Positions 1-10,354 of a stretch of 64,000 bases of DNA are shown here, piece after piece. The notes below the pieces were generated by a model, which searched no databases, was not told where the DNA came from, and was given only the letters and a program-made list of their open reading frames with translations. How positions within the stretch are numbered: position 1 is the first letter of the stretch; each line of letters starts with the position of its first letter. A program made the translations under genes and the position numbers. This DNA is from Candidatus Woesearchaeota archaeon (lineage in GTDB: Archaea; Nanobdellota; Nanobdellia; SCGC-AAA011-G17; JAGVZF01): positions 11,255 to 75,254 of the forward strand of contig CAZJUI010000003.1 of NCBI GenBank assembly GCA_964549185.1, in the 5' to 3' direction.

Positions 1-389
1 CCTTCTAAAGGTGAAGCTAAAACTCCATTTGTTAAAAACGCTAATCCTATTCTTAAACCAACTTCCATTGCTTCATGTTTATCTTTAAATTTGCAAAATT
101 TTTCCTGTGCAACCTCTAAAGAAATTTTAAATCCAACCCTCCAATCACCTTTTCCATATTCTTTTTCTAAATTTACTAACCTATCAACAATTCCACTTTT
201 AATTATTTGCGGAGCAACGGCACTTACTAATCCTTCTACTCTTTCTGCCATGTTTTTTGCTCTTGGAATCTCTACAATATTTTCAGGGTCATAATGTTTA
301 ATTTTAGCTCTTTCGGCAATATCATATGCTAAATCTGCTTTCTTGTTTAATTCTAAAAAATATTTCTGATATTCTTGACTTATTTCCAT
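1..389 (-). CDS. DNA polymerase II (PolD) large subunit DP2, N-terminal fragment; gene continues past the window start
   Basis: Minus-strand translation from the ATG at 389..387 reads MEISQEYQKYFLELNKKADLAYDIAERAKIKHYDPENIVEIPRAKNMAERVEGLV..., which matches the conserved DP2 N-terminus. Its start overlaps the DP1 stop (TAATG). Not in the ORF track because it is truncated. Confidence 0.75.
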   Translation of the reverse strand, partial: MEISQEYQKYFLELNKKADLAYDIAERAKIKHYDPENIVEIPRAKNMAERVEGLVSAVAPQIIKSGIVDRLVNLEKEYGKGDWRVGFKISLEVAQEKFCKFKDKHEAMEVGLRIGLAFLTNGVLASPLE

Positions 390-2017
390 TATTCATCACC
401 AAATTTTAAGATTTTTATCTCTCTTGTTTTAAGATTTAATATTGGAACCTTAGCCGGGTCTGGATTATGTCCCACCTTTTCCTGAAAATCTGTCTTGGAT
501 TGCCAACAAGAGCAATTTATTATTATTATTCCGTTATGGTTACCTATAGCAGATCTATGAGAATCTCCACAAACAACAACATCTGGAACCTTTTCGATAA
601 CTAAAGGATCTTCTTCTGTATCTGGAACAAAAACATTGGAATTATGTGTTGGTGCAAAATGTCTTTTTTGTAATAGAAATTTCATTGTATTACTTGGATT
701 TTCTTTAGCATTCCTCAAAGATTCCACATTATCAACATAATAATGAAAGCTTGCTCCATGATACATATAAATATTAAACCCTTCAAAATCTTTTGTAGAT
801 TGTATGTTTACTAAACAAGGGTTACTTACCAAAATTACGTTTGAAAGTTTATAAACTGTTTCTGCATATTTTCTCATTAAAGGTGGTTGAGGTTCAGACA
901 TTCTTATTGCATCGTGTTGCCCCCCACATATTATTAACTTTATATCTTTTCTTATCATGTCAATTAATTCAGAAAATTTTTCATATTGTTTAATCAAATC
1001 TTTTATTAATAATTCATCTTCTTGTCCAGGATAAACACCTACCCCATCAACTAAATCTCCAACAATAAATAAATATTTTACTTTTTTAGCAATGTTCTTT
1101 TGGTTATCATCTCCAACATTTCCATTAAGCCAATTTATAAATTTAATAAATTCCTCTTCTAAAAACTTTTTGCTTCCTACATGGATATCAGAAATAAATG
1201 CTGCATAAACTTCATCTGGGCTTTTTTTAATATGATTACTTATTGCAACTTCTGGGAATATTATGTTGTTTGCAAATATAATCTGCCCACCAGAAACACC
1301 AGTAATTCCTATAACTTCATCAAACACTACATTTTTCCCGAAGTTAAAGAGTTCACTTCTATTCTTACTAATTAAAACTTTAATAATTCCTGTTGTATCC
1401 TCTAATGAGATTAATATATTTCCATTTTTTGTTTCGTTTTTATCACTAACTATTCCTATAACAGATACTTCTTCTCTATTTGTCTTTGTTAATATTCTAT
1501 TTATAGATGTTACATTCTGTAATTCTGGTCTTCCAATTAATATCTTTTTTAATGCTTCAAATCTTTTGTTATAATATATAACAAAATCCTGAATTTCTCT
1601 TTTTTTATAATCTTCTTTATATATCTTTAAAAGGATAACATTATTCTCTAGATCTTTTTCCTCTTCTAAAATTTCTGAAACACCCAATACATCTTCTTCA
1701 CTCTTCTTTTCTTCCTGTTCTTTATTTTCATCTAAATTATATTCTAAAATATTAGAAAATGTTTTATAGATTATAGAATCTTTACCTTTTTCAACTAAGA
1801 CTTTTGCTCTTTCAAATTCCTTCCAATTTATATTTTGTTTAATTTTATCTAAAGATAATAAAAGATTTTTATCTAAAACGATTGGTTTATCTTCCGTATT
1901 TAGAAAATTAATATTATTTTTAAAAAATCCGATATCTTGGTTTAATAAATCTGGATTTAAAAGAAATCCATTATCTAAAAAAGTTTCTACTATCTTTTTT
2001 CTATCTTCAATAGTCAT
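389..2017 (-). CDS. DNA polymerase II (PolD) small subunit DP1, calcineurin-like phosphoesterase
   Basis: 542 aa. Metallophosphoesterase motifs GDLVDGVGVYPGQ, GGQHD and HGASFHYY, plus an OB-like N-terminus. Overlaps cdc6 by 4 nt. Confidence 0.85.
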   Translation of the reverse strand: MTIEDRKKIVETFLDNGFLLNPDLLNQDIGFFKNNINFLNTEDKPIVLDKNLLLSLDKIKQNINWKEFERAKVLVEKGKDSIIYKTFSNILEYNLDENKEQEEKKSEEDVLGVSEILEEEKDLENNVILLKIYKEDYKKREIQDFVIYYNKRFEALKKILIGRPELQNVTSINRILTKTNREEVSVIGIVSDKNETKNGNILISLEDTTGIIKVLISKNRSELFNFGKNVVFDEVIGITGVSGGQIIFANNIIFPEVAISNHIKKSPDEVYAAFISDIHVGSKKFLEEEFIKFINWLNGNVGDDNQKNIAKKVKYLFIVGDLVDGVGVYPGQEDELLIKDLIKQYEKFSELIDMIRKDIKLIICGGQHDAIRMSEPQPPLMRKYAETVYKLSNVILVSNPCLVNIQSTKDFEGFNIYMYHGASFHYYVDNVESLRNAKENPSNTMKFLLQKRHFAPTHNSNVFVPDTEEDPLVIEKVPDVVVCGDSHRSAIGNHNGIIIINCSCWQSKTDFQEKVGHNPDPAKVPILNLKTREIKILKFGDE

Positions 2018-3222
2018 AAATTTAATGCCTCTTTAATTGTTTGGTTTATGTTTGGAATTGTAGATGTTGGTATTGCTAACCTTATCTCTCTTGTTCTTCC
2101 ATATCTTCCTTTACTTATTACCTTTACATTAATTATATCCATCATATCTAATTCAGAAATAATATCTCCAACTCTTCTCTGTGTTAAGGGTTTTAATCCA
2201 GCTTGCTCGCATAATTTACCATAAATTTCATAAATATCTCCTGTAAATATTGCCTTATCTTCTCCATTTCCTAAGCTCAATATACTCAATAAAGTTAATT
2301 GAAATTGTTTTGGTTGAGTGTGAACTGCATCTAAAACCCTATCTTTCTCTATTTTTTCTTCAGCCTCATCTATACTTTTTATATTTATTCTTAAACCATT
2401 GCTTCTTTCAGCTAACTCTCCTGCTACTCTTAATAATTCTAATGCCCTTCTTGCATCTCCATGTTCTCTTGCTGCATAAGCTGCACATTTTTCAACAACA
2501 CCTTCATCAATTGTATTTTTTCTAAATGCCTCTTTTGCTCTTCCCTTTAATATATCTTGAATTTGTATTGCATTATAAGGTGGAAAATTTATCTCTTCTT
2601 CAGACAATGAACTTTTAATTCTTGGATCTAAATCATCTGTAAACATTAAACTATTTGATATTCCCACTATAGAAATTTCTACATCTTTTAATTCTGAATT
2701 TAATCTTGTTAAATTATATAATATCTCATCTCCAGCTCGTGTAACTAGTTGGTCAATTTCATCTAAAATTAATATTATAATCTTTTTATCATTGTGAATT
2801 CCTTGAAGGAATAATTTATAAACTCCATCTGTAGGCAAACCTGTTGCTGGAACTTCAATTCCAAGTTGTCTTGCTAATTCTGCAATCAATCTATATTCTG
2901 TATCGGCAACCCTTTTTAATTTACAATTAATATAATAAATTCCTAATGGTATTTTTTTATTTTTAGATGTTTCTAGAAGTTGATTCATAACATATTTAAT
3001 ACTTAATGTTTTACCGCTTCCTGATTTTCCATAAAGAAATAAATTGCTTGGTTTTTCTAATCTTAAACAAGGTGCTAATATACTTGCTATTTGTTGAATT
3101 TGTTCTTCTCTATGTGGAATTGTTTCAGGAGTATAACCTGCTTGTAAAACTTTTTTATTGATAAATATTGGATCTTTTTTTAAAAAAGTCTCAAAAAAAC
3201 CACCTAAATTTTTTTCTCCCAT
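2014..3222 (-). CDS. cdc6: Orc1/Cdc6 replication initiator (AAA+ plus winged helix)
   Basis: 402 aa. Walker A LFLYGKSGSGKT, Walker B ILDEID, C-terminal winged helix. Diverges from the AT-rich origin region. Confidence 0.9.
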   Translation of the reverse strand: MGEKNLGGFFETFLKKDPIFINKKVLQAGYTPETIPHREEQIQQIASILAPCLRLEKPSNLFLYGKSGSGKTLSIKYVMNQLLETSKNKKIPLGIYYINCKLKRVADTEYRLIAELARQLGIEVPATGLPTDGVYKLFLQGIHNDKKIIILILDEIDQLVTRAGDEILYNLTRLNSELKDVEISIVGISNSLMFTDDLDPRIKSSLSEEEINFPPYNAIQIQDILKGRAKEAFRKNTIDEGVVEKCAAYAAREHGDARRALELLRVAGELAERSNGLRINIKSIDEAEEKIEKDRVLDAVHTQPKQFQLTLLSILSLGNGEDKAIFTGDIYEIYGKLCEQAGLKPLTQRRVGDIISELDMMDIINVKVISKGRYGRTREIRLAIPTSTIPNINQTIKEALNL

Positions 3223-3272
3223 ATATTAATACACCTCTTTTTTCTTTTTATTTATTCTTATCATAAAATATA

Positions 3273-3304
3273 CACACCCTGACCTATATTTCCTATGGAA
3301 GGTT
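3273..3304 (-). repeat. ORB-like element a (dyad TTCCATAGGAA plus G-string, inverted orientation)
   Basis: acacaccctgacctatatttcctatggaaggtt. Its reverse complement aaccttccataggaaatat... matches 3626-3644 over 19 nt. Confidence 0.65.
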
Positions 3305-3625
3305 AAAATAATGTTTCTAAATAAAAACTTTCATAACTACTTTAAATGAACACCATGGTTTCTTATAGAACTATTGAAGAGTAACACTACAAAAAGTATA
3401 TTTATAAATATAAATTAAATAATATAGATTATATAATATAGAAAAGCTTAAAAAGATAATAAAATAAAGAAGATTTAAAATTTAATTATATTATATCTAC
3501 AAACCTTATAACACCAAATTAAAGATTTAACATTTATTAAGTAATAAATTATATGTTCTATATTTTAAAAGCAAATAATCACATCTATAAATATGGTTTA
3601 TAAAACAGAAATTAAATAAAGAATA

Positions 3626-3641
3626 AACCTTCCATAGGAAA
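3626..3641 (+). repeat. mini-ORB-like element b
   Basis: aaccttccataggaaa, a perfect 16-nt inverted copy of 3289-3304. Confidence 0.6.
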
Positions 3642-3678
3642 TATTCAATAAAATAAACATCTAAAAATAAACCAAATA

Positions 3679-3705
3679 TTTCCATACGAAATAGGGGTGT
3701 GTGGG
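3679..3705 (+). repeat. ORB-like element c (dyad plus G-string GGGGTGTGTGGG)
   Basis: tttccatacgaaataggggtgtgtggg. Shares the ttccata-g-aaata-gg-gggtgtgt pattern with element a. Confidence 0.65.
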
Positions 3706-3780
3706 TACCATATATCTTCATCAAAATAGATAAACATATGCAGAAAGGTTTATAAATATGTTAATCTTCCATATAATAAA

Positions 3781-4044
3781 ATGCCAGAAGATGACAAAAG
3801 ATATGCAAGACAACTAGTTGGAAAAACAGTTGTAACAAAATCAGGAAAACGCTTTGGAGAGGTTGGTAATTTAACTTTTGAAACAAGAACAGGAGAATTA
3901 ATACAGATTGTTCTTAAAAATCCAACTGGATTTACAGAAGGTCTTGAACTTGAAAGAGATAATATAGGAAATTTATTAATACCCTATTCATCTGTTATTG
4001 CAATAGGTGATTTTATTGTAGTATCTGAAGAAGATATTATATAA
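3781..4044 (+). CDS. PRC-barrel domain protein
   Basis: 87 aa, LVGKTVVTKSGKRFGEVGNLTFETRTGELIQIV pattern typical of small archaeal PRC-barrel proteins. TATA-like tttataaata about 30 nt upstream. Confidence 0.55.
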   Translation: MPEDDKRYARQLVGKTVVTKSGKRFGEVGNLTFETRTGELIQIVLKNPTGFTEGLELERDNIGNLLIPYSSVIAIGDFIVVSEEDII

Positions 4045-4094
4045 TATATATTAAAACAAAGCTTTTTAAATATTTCTTTTATTAATAATATGAT

Positions 4095-5960
4095 ATGACA
4101 AACTTAAAATTCAATTCTACCAAAGAAATCAAAGTTTCCGAAAAGATTATAGAGCAAATAATCGGACAAAACGAAGCAGTTAATATAATTAAGAAAGTAG
4201 CAAAACAAAGAAGACACGTTCTTTTAATAGGAGAACCAGGTACAGGAAAATCCATGATTGGCCAAGGCCTTTCTGAACTCATACCAAAAGAAAAATTAGT
4301 AGATATTCTAGCATTTCCAAATTTAAATGATGACAATCTGCCCTTAATAAGAACCCTTCCAAAAGGTAAAGGCAAGGAATTAATTACAAAAGCAAAAATA
4401 CAGGCAATGAGTTCATTTAAAAACCAGAATATATTGTTCTTTATTTTATTAATATTAGCAATAATCACACCTTGGTGGGTTAGAAAAGAATATGGAGATA
4501 TTTTAGCAGCAGCTTCATTAATAGGATCAATGATATTCATAGCATCCTTTGCAATTTTTATTAATGTAGGAAGAAGAATGTCAAGAAATGATAAAATTCA
4601 AGTTCCAAAATTATTGATTGACACATCTCAAGAGAAAAAAGCTCCATTTATCGAAGCAACAGGAGCTCACGCAGGGGCCTTACTTGGAGATGTACTTCAT
4701 GATCCTCTTCAAAGTGGAGGTTTAGGCACCCCTGCATTTGAAAGACTTGTTCCAGGAATGATTCATAGAGCTAATGGTGGTGTTTTATTTATAGATGAAA
4801 TAGCTACATTAAAACCACACTCACAACAAGAATTACTATCTGCAATGCAAGAAAAACGTTATCCAATAACAGGACAATCAGCTCGCTCATCAGGGGCAAT
4901 GGTAAGAAGTGAACCTGTTCCATGCGATTTTATATTGGTAGCAGCAGGAAACCTAGAAACAGTAAGACATCTTCACCCAGCATTAAGATCAAGAATCAGG
5001 GGTTATGGTTATGAAATTTATATGAATGATGTAATGGAAGATACAATTGATAATAGAAATAAATTAGTTTATTTTGTAGCACAAGAAGTAATTAAAGATG
5101 GAAAAATACCTCATTTTAATCGGGAAGCCGTTATAGAAATAATAGAAGAAGCAAAAAAGAGATCGGGAAGAGCAGGAAAATTAACATTACACCTTAGAGA
5201 GCTTGGAGGAATAATAAGAGCAGCAGGAGATCTTGCCTTGGAAGAAGGCGCTAAAATTACAACAAGAGACCATATTTTAAGAGCAAAAAAACTAGCAAGA
5301 ACTTTAGAAAAACAGATAGCAGATAAATATATTGAAAATAAAAAACAATATGAAGTAATAATAACACAAGGCGAGAAAGTAGGAAGAGTTAATGGTTTGG
5401 CAGTTATAGGTTCAGGATCATCCTATTCTGGAATAGTTCTTCCAATAGAATCAGAGGTAACTCTTGGTGGTAAAAAAGCAGAATTTATAGCAACAGGACA
5501 ATTGGGAGAAATAGCAAAAGAAGCAATAAAAAATGTATCTGCAATTATATTAAAATTCTTTGGTGAAGATATAAAAGAAAAATATGACATTTACATACAA
5601 TTTATCCAAACCCATGAAGGTGTAGAAGGAGATTCAGCATCTATAGCAGTTGCGACAGCAATAATATCAGCATTAAAAAACATTCCAATAAGACAAGATA
5701 CAGCAATGACAGGTTCACTATCTGTAAGAGGAGATGTTTTAGCCATTGGTGGAGTAACAACAAAAGTAGAAGCAGCAATAAATGCAGGAATTAAAAGAGT
5801 TATAGTTCCAAAACCAAATGAAAAAGATATAATATTATCAAAAGAAAATGAAAAGAAAATTCAGATAATCCCTGTAACAAGAATAGAAGAGGTTTTAATC
5901 GAAGCTTTAGTTTGGAAAAACCACCATAATATTCTAAAAAAAATAAAAACGAGAAGATAG
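4095..5960 (+). CDS. lon: Archaeal membrane-bound Lon protease (LonB)
   Basis: 621 aa. Walker [10 protein letters not shown], an inserted transmembrane segment, and a C-terminal S16 protease domain with [13 protein letters not shown] (catalytic Ser). Confidence 0.85.
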   Translation: MTNLKFNSTKEIKVSEKIIEQIIGQNEAVNIIKKVAKQRRHVLLIGEPGTGKSMIGQGLSELIPKEKLVDILAFPNLNDDNLPLIRTLPKGKGKELITKAKIQAMSSFKNQNILFFILLILAIITPWWVRKEYGDILAAASLIGSMIFIASFAIFINVGRRMSRNDKIQVPKLLIDTSQEKKAPFIEATGAHAGALLGDVLHDPLQSGGLGTPAFERLVPGMIHRANGGVLFIDEIATLKPHSQQELLSAMQEKRYPITGQSARSSGAMVRSEPVPCDFILVAAGNLETVRHLHPALRSRIRGYGYEIYMNDVMEDTIDNRNKLVYFVAQEVIKDGKIPHFNREAVIEIIEEAKKRSGRAGKLTLHLRELGGIIRAAGDLALEEGAKITTRDHILRAKKLARTLEKQIADKYIENKKQYEVIITQGEKVGRVNGLAVIGSGSSYSGIVLPIESEVTLGGKKAEFIATGQLGEIAKEAIKNVSAIILKFFGEDIKEKYDIYIQFIQTHEGVEGDSASIAVATAIISALKNIPIRQDTAMTGSLSVRGDVLAIGGVTTKVEAAINAGIKRVIVPKPNEKDIILSKENEKKIQIIPVTRIEEVLIEALVWKNHHNILKKIKTRR

Positions 5961-5990
5961 ATTTAAATACTTAACTTTTAAATTATTTTT

Positions 5991-7655
5991 ATGCAAGAAT
6001 TCAAACAACATATTATCGATGAAATTAAAAAATCAACAAACATTAATACAGAAATAAACTTAGAAATTCCACCCTCTAGAGAACTCGGAGATTTTTCCTT
6101 TCCTTGTTTTACACTAGCAAAAGACCTTAAAAAAAGCCCAATCGAAATAGCTTTAGATATATCAAAAAAGATAATTAAAAATGATTTCATAGAAAGGGTA
6201 GAGGTAAAAGGTCCGTATCTTAATTTTTTTATTAATAAATCAAAACTAATAGATTTAACATTAAAAAAGATTCTCAAAGAAAAAGATAAATTTGGAAGTC
6301 ACAATATAGGTAAAAAACAAAAAGCATTAATCGAACATACAAGTATTAATCCAAATGCTTCCCCCCATGTTGGAAGAGCAAGAAATGCAATTATCGGAGA
6401 TTCCATTTCAAGATTATTAAAATTTGAAAATTATAAAACAGAAACACACTATTTTGTTAATGATGTGGGAAAGCAAATTGCAATGTTAGTATTAGCCTGC
6501 AAGAATAAAACACCAACATTTTCACAATTACTATCTTCTTATATTAAAATAAACAAACAGATAGAAAAAAATCCAAGATTAGAGAAAGAAGTTTTTAATT
6601 TACTCAATCAATTAGAAAAAGGAAACAAAAGCGTTAAATCTAAGTTTAAAAAGATAGTTGATATCTGCATAAAAGGACAAAAAAATATCTTGGAAGATTT
6701 TGGAATAAATTATGATTATTTTGACTATGAATCAAAATATATTTGGAACAAAGATCAACAAAAAATTCTTTCTAGATTAGAAAAAACAGGAAAAGTTTCA
6801 AAAGACGAAGAAGGACGTTTAATATTAAGCTTAGAAGGATTTGATTTACCTACAAAAAACCCAGTTCTTGTTTTAACAAGATCAGATAAAACTTCATTAT
6901 ATATACTAAGAGATTTTGCCTATACTATAGAAAAAATGAAAAGAGCAAAAAAGAATATTATTGTCTTGGGAGAAGACCAAAAATTATATTTTCAACAGCT
7001 TAAAACATCTTTATCATTAATCCAAGAAGATGCTCCAGAAGTTATACATTATTCTTTTATATTATTAGAATCTGGAAAGAAGATGGCCACAAGAAAAGGG
7101 GATGTTGTTCTATTAGAAGATTTAATGAAAGAGGCATTAACAAAATCAAAACAAGAAATAAAAAAACGTAAACATAAACCTTCTGATAAAACTGCAAAGA
7201 TAATTGCTTATGGAGCAATAAAATTTTCAATATTAAAGAATTCATCAGATAAAAATATAATATTTAATATAGATAATGCTTTATCTTTTGAAGGAGACAC
7301 AGCACCATACATCCAATATACATATGCAAGATCAAGTTCAATATTAAAAAAAGTTAAAAAATATAAAATATTAACAACCAATAAAGAAATAATAGAAGAA
7401 GAATTCCAATTAATAAAAAAAATGTCAGAATTTCCAGATATAGAAGAACAAACTCTCAAAAACTATCAACCACATATAATGGCAAATTATTGCTTAGAAT
7501 TAGCCCAATTATCAAATGAATTCTATCATAAATGCAAGGTTATTCAAGAAAATAAGGAATTAATGAACTTCAGATTAACATTAATCAAATCCTATCAACA
7601 AGTAATAAAAAATGCTACATATCTATTGGGCATTGACCTTCCTGAAGCAATGTAA
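5991..7655 (+). CDS. argS: Arginyl-tRNA synthetase
   Basis: 554 aa. INPNASPHVGRARNAIIGD (HIGH-type), KMATRKG (KMSKS-type) and a DALR-like C-terminus. Confidence 0.8.
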   Translation: MQEFKQHIIDEIKKSTNINTEINLEIPPSRELGDFSFPCFTLAKDLKKSPIEIALDISKKIIKNDFIERVEVKGPYLNFFINKSKLIDLTLKKILKEKDKFGSHNIGKKQKALIEHTSINPNASPHVGRARNAIIGDSISRLLKFENYKTETHYFVNDVGKQIAMLVLACKNKTPTFSQLLSSYIKINKQIEKNPRLEKEVFNLLNQLEKGNKSVKSKFKKIVDICIKGQKNILEDFGINYDYFDYESKYIWNKDQQKILSRLEKTGKVSKDEEGRLILSLEGFDLPTKNPVLVLTRSDKTSLYILRDFAYTIEKMKRAKKNIIVLGEDQKLYFQQLKTSLSLIQEDAPEVIHYSFILLESGKKMATRKGDVVLLEDLMKEALTKSKQEIKKRKHKPSDKTAKIIAYGAIKFSILKNSSDKNIIFNIDNALSFEGDTAPYIQYTYARSSSILKKVKKYKILTTNKEIIEEEFQLIKKMSEFPDIEEQTLKNYQPHIMANYCLELAQLSNEFYHKCKVIQENKELMNFRLTLIKSYQQVIKNATYLLGIDLPEAM

Positions 7656-7693
7656 TCCAAAAGCTTTATATAAACTTCTATTAAATTAATTTT

Positions 7694-8137
7694 ATGCCAA
7701 TAATAGGATTAAATTTTGACAAAATAGAAGTTGAAAGAAAAAAAGGAATTCAACAAAATATGGAAATAAAACCAAATATAGATATATCTGATATTTCAGA
7801 TGAAAAACTTCCCATAGCAAATGCTAACGAGGTTTTAAGAGTATCTTTTAAATATGGAGTTAACTACGAACCAGGTATAGGACACATATCTTTTACAGGA
7901 CACGCATTATTATTAGAAGATCCTAAAATAATAAAAGAAATAATGAAAAAGTGGGGCAAAGAGAAAAAATTAAGCATAATTCCAGAAAAGATTTTAGAAC
8001 AATTATTTAATGGGATATTAGCAAGGTGCAATATAAGAGCACTTTCACTTTCTCAAGAAGTTAATCTTCCACCACATATACCAATGCCACAATTAATGAA
8101 AACAGAAAAGATAAAAGACAAAAATTATATTGGTTAA
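7694..8137 (+). CDS. Hypothetical protein
   Basis: 147 aa ORF with no recognisable motif. Tightly spaced after argS. Confidence 0.4.
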   Translation: MPIIGLNFDKIEVERKKGIQQNMEIKPNIDISDISDEKLPIANANEVLRVSFKYGVNYEPGIGHISFTGHALLLEDPKIIKEIMKKWGKEKKLSIIPEKILEQLFNGILARCNIRALSLSQEVNLPPHIPMPQLMKTEKIKDKNYIG

Positions 8138-9354
8138 TTTTTGATATATACATTAATTCCAGTTAAATTTTTTGCATTTTTATTTAACCAATTAAAATAT
8201 TCTTCTTTATTAAATTTGATTTCTTTTTTGTTTAATTTTAATATTTCTTCATTCAATCTTTCAATTTTAACCTTCAATGTAGATATTCTATAATTAAATC
8301 CAATCCCTAATTTTGAAGTTTCATTTTTCATTAAAATGTCATTAATTTCATTAATCCTATTGTTAATTTTATTCCATCTTTCAACCAGTTTACTTAATTT
8401 TTCATTATTAATCTCATTAATACGGTTGATTGCTTTTTCTTTTTTCTTTTCATCACTTTCAAGATTGTTAATATTGTCTTTTATCTTAATTAATTCATTA
8501 ACTATTAAAAATTCTTTATCTTCAAATAAATAACTTAAACCTTTATTATAATTAATAACAACAGATTTTTCATCCAATCTTTCATATTTTTTCATAACCC
8601 TATCTAAAGGTGCAAATAAATCTATTAAAATAGAGTTTAATACAGTTTTTTCAGTTTGTAATTCATCTTCTTCTTTTTTTAATTTCTTTATTTCATTATA
8701 AATGTCACTCTCTTCAAAACTAGCTCTTTTCTTCTCTAAATTATCTATTTCCTTATTAAATTCTTCTAACTCTTTTAGTTTGTTGTTATATTTTTCATTT
8801 AAATCATCAAAAATCTTTTGGTTTTCATTAAATTCATTTATCTTAATTAATATATTATCAAAATCTTCAAAATTTTGTCCATAAACTAAGTGCTTTATTT
8901 CTTTAAAATTATTATCTAATTCACTTAAAGAAGCCCCAACATTTTTTATATTATTTGGAAAAACAGCCTGAATCATATAAAAACTTTGCAAACTAGCCTT
9001 ATTAAAATCATCAGCCAGTAAAAAATAATGATAGCAATAATCCTTAAATTTTTCTTTATCTAAATTTTCTACCTTATTTAAAAAAATATTAACTTGTTTT
9101 TTATACGAATTTATTCTATCACTAATTCTTCCCTTTAATCTTACATCTGCACCATCAACAAAAATAACATTATCAAGATCTTCTAAGTTTTTCTTAATTT
9201 TTATAATATTTAAATTAACTCTTTCATATAACTTATTTAATCTTTTTAAATCAACCACATTTTCAAACAACCAATTTTTTAAATTTCCAATTTTTATTTC
9301 AACACTTACAGGAATCTCTTCTTTCCTTCCAAAAATCTTACTTAAAAAACTCAT
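8134..9354 (-). CDS. Coiled-coil protein with no ATPase motif, partner of the downstream phosphoesterase
   Basis: 406 aa, K/E/N-rich heptad-like sequence throughout and no Walker A. Overlaps the 232-aa phosphoesterase gene by 4 nt. Confidence 0.5.
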   Translation of the reverse strand: MSFLSKIFGRKEEIPVSVEIKIGNLKNWLFENVVDLKRLNKLYERVNLNIIKIKKNLEDLDNVIFVDGADVRLKGRISDRINSYKKQVNIFLNKVENLDKEKFKDYCYHYFLLADDFNKASLQSFYMIQAVFPNNIKNVGASLSELDNNFKEIKHLVYGQNFEDFDNILIKINEFNENQKIFDDLNEKYNNKLKELEEFNKEIDNLEKKRASFEESDIYNEIKKLKKEEDELQTEKTVLNSILIDLFAPLDRVMKKYERLDEKSVVINYNKGLSYLFEDKEFLIVNELIKIKDNINNLESDEKKKEKAINRINEINNEKLSKLVERWNKINNRINEINDILMKNETSKLGIGFNYRISTLKVKIERLNEEILKLNKKEIKFNKEEYFNWLNKNAKNLTGINVYIKN

Positions 9355-10049
9355 AAATTTTTCACCTTTCCAAAATTATAAATCTTATCGCCAATAATAT
9401 AAACCTCAAAATTTCCTAAATCCTGATTTAAAAATGGACTTAACATTTTTTCTCTTGTGATATCACTTCCCTCACTTAATAGATTAAAACTAGATAAAAC
9501 TATTAAAATTTTATCATTCCATTTACCCTTCAAAAAACATTTAAATTTTTCTCTTTTAACTCCATCCTTTATTGTAACAGCTGGATGTTCATGGCCCATT
9601 ATTATTTTTTTACAATCTAAGGCATTTAACAAAACTTTATCCCCATGCAATAATGTGATATCATCAATTTTATAAAAATCAACTAGTTTTATTCCTCTTT
9701 TCTTTACAACAGGCTCAAGTATAGCATCATGATTTCCTTTTATTATTATTAAATTAGCTTTTCCTTTTAAAAAATCAATTAATTGTAATATCTCTCTCCA
9801 CTCTTGATTACTTATCCTTCCAAATTCATGTTTTAAATCACCGCAAATAATAATCTCTTTGGGTTTCGTCTTATCAATTATCTTAGTTAATCTATCGATT
9901 ATATCTTTAAAACTATAAACGGGTATTAATAATCCACCTTCTTCAAAAGCCTCTCCACTCCCAATATGCATATCCCCTATTATCAAACTCTTAGTTTTCT
10001 TAATAAACAAAGCTAGATCAACAATCTCAATTCCTTTCAATATTTCCAT
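9351..10049 (-). CDS. Calcineurin-like metallophosphoesterase (small ICC-type)
   Basis: 232 aa. GDMHIG, GDLKHEFG, GNHD, GHEH motifs. Confidence 0.7.
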   Translation of the reverse strand: MEILKGIEIVDLALFIKKTKSLIIGDMHIGSGEAFEEGGLLIPVYSFKDIIDRLTKIIDKTKPKEIIICGDLKHEFGRISNQEWREILQLIDFLKGKANLIIIKGNHDAILEPVVKKRGIKLVDFYKIDDITLLHGDKVLLNALDCKKIIMGHEHPAVTIKDGVKREKFKCFLKGKWNDKILIVLSSFNLLSEGSDITREKMLSPFLNQDLGNFEVYIIGDKIYNFGKVKNL

Positions 10050-10083
10050 AGTTTTTACCTTAAGATTAGAATTAAAAACTTAA

Positions 10084-10290
10084 CTATTCTATTTCATCCA
10101 ACATATCTTGCATTATATTACTAACATCCGTCATAGTATTTTCTTTACTACAGCTTGGACATATTTTTGGCGGAGCAGTTCTAGTTTTGCTTTTAGGAGT
10201 AAATTTAAATCCACATCTATTGCAATGAAACGTTGGCATAAGTTCAATATGAATTACTTGCTTATATATCTTTTTATGAAATAGAATCAT
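10084..10290 (-). CDS. Small zinc-ribbon protein
   Basis: 68 aa with CNRCG...CPSC (two CxxC pairs). Confidence 0.45.
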   Translation of the reverse strand: MILFHKKIYKQVIHIELMPTFHCNRCGFKFTPKSKTRTAPPKICPSCSKENTMTDVSNIMQDMLDEIE

Positions 10291-10354
10291 ATAAATAACT
10301 TTATAGTAGTTACTACAGAAAGTTTTATAAATCCTAAATTAATCAAATTTAATT

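Larger units (their letters stand above)
3223..3780. other. Predicted replication origin (oriC): AT-rich intergenic region with ORB-like elements flanking a putative unwinding element
   Basis: 558-bp non-coding, extremely AT-rich spacer between divergent cdc6 and the PRC-barrel gene. Contains an inverted pair of ORB-like repeats and a third ORB with a G-string. Confidence 0.7.

Noticed and set aside
1181-1574. Plus-strand ORFs (64 and 103 aa) inside the polD small-subunit gene
   Set aside because: Antisense to a well-supported conserved gene; low-complexity translations.
2250-2525. 91-aa plus-strand ORF inside cdc6
   Set aside because: Antisense to Orc1/Cdc6; Leu/Phe-rich artefact of AT-rich sequence.
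3527-3724. 65-aa minus-strand ORF inside the origin region
   Set aside because: Lies in the AT-rich DUE and ORB repeats; no coding signal.
4082-4540. 152-aa minus-strand ORF overlapping the lonB start
   Set aside because: Antisense to the LonB N-terminal AAA+ domain.
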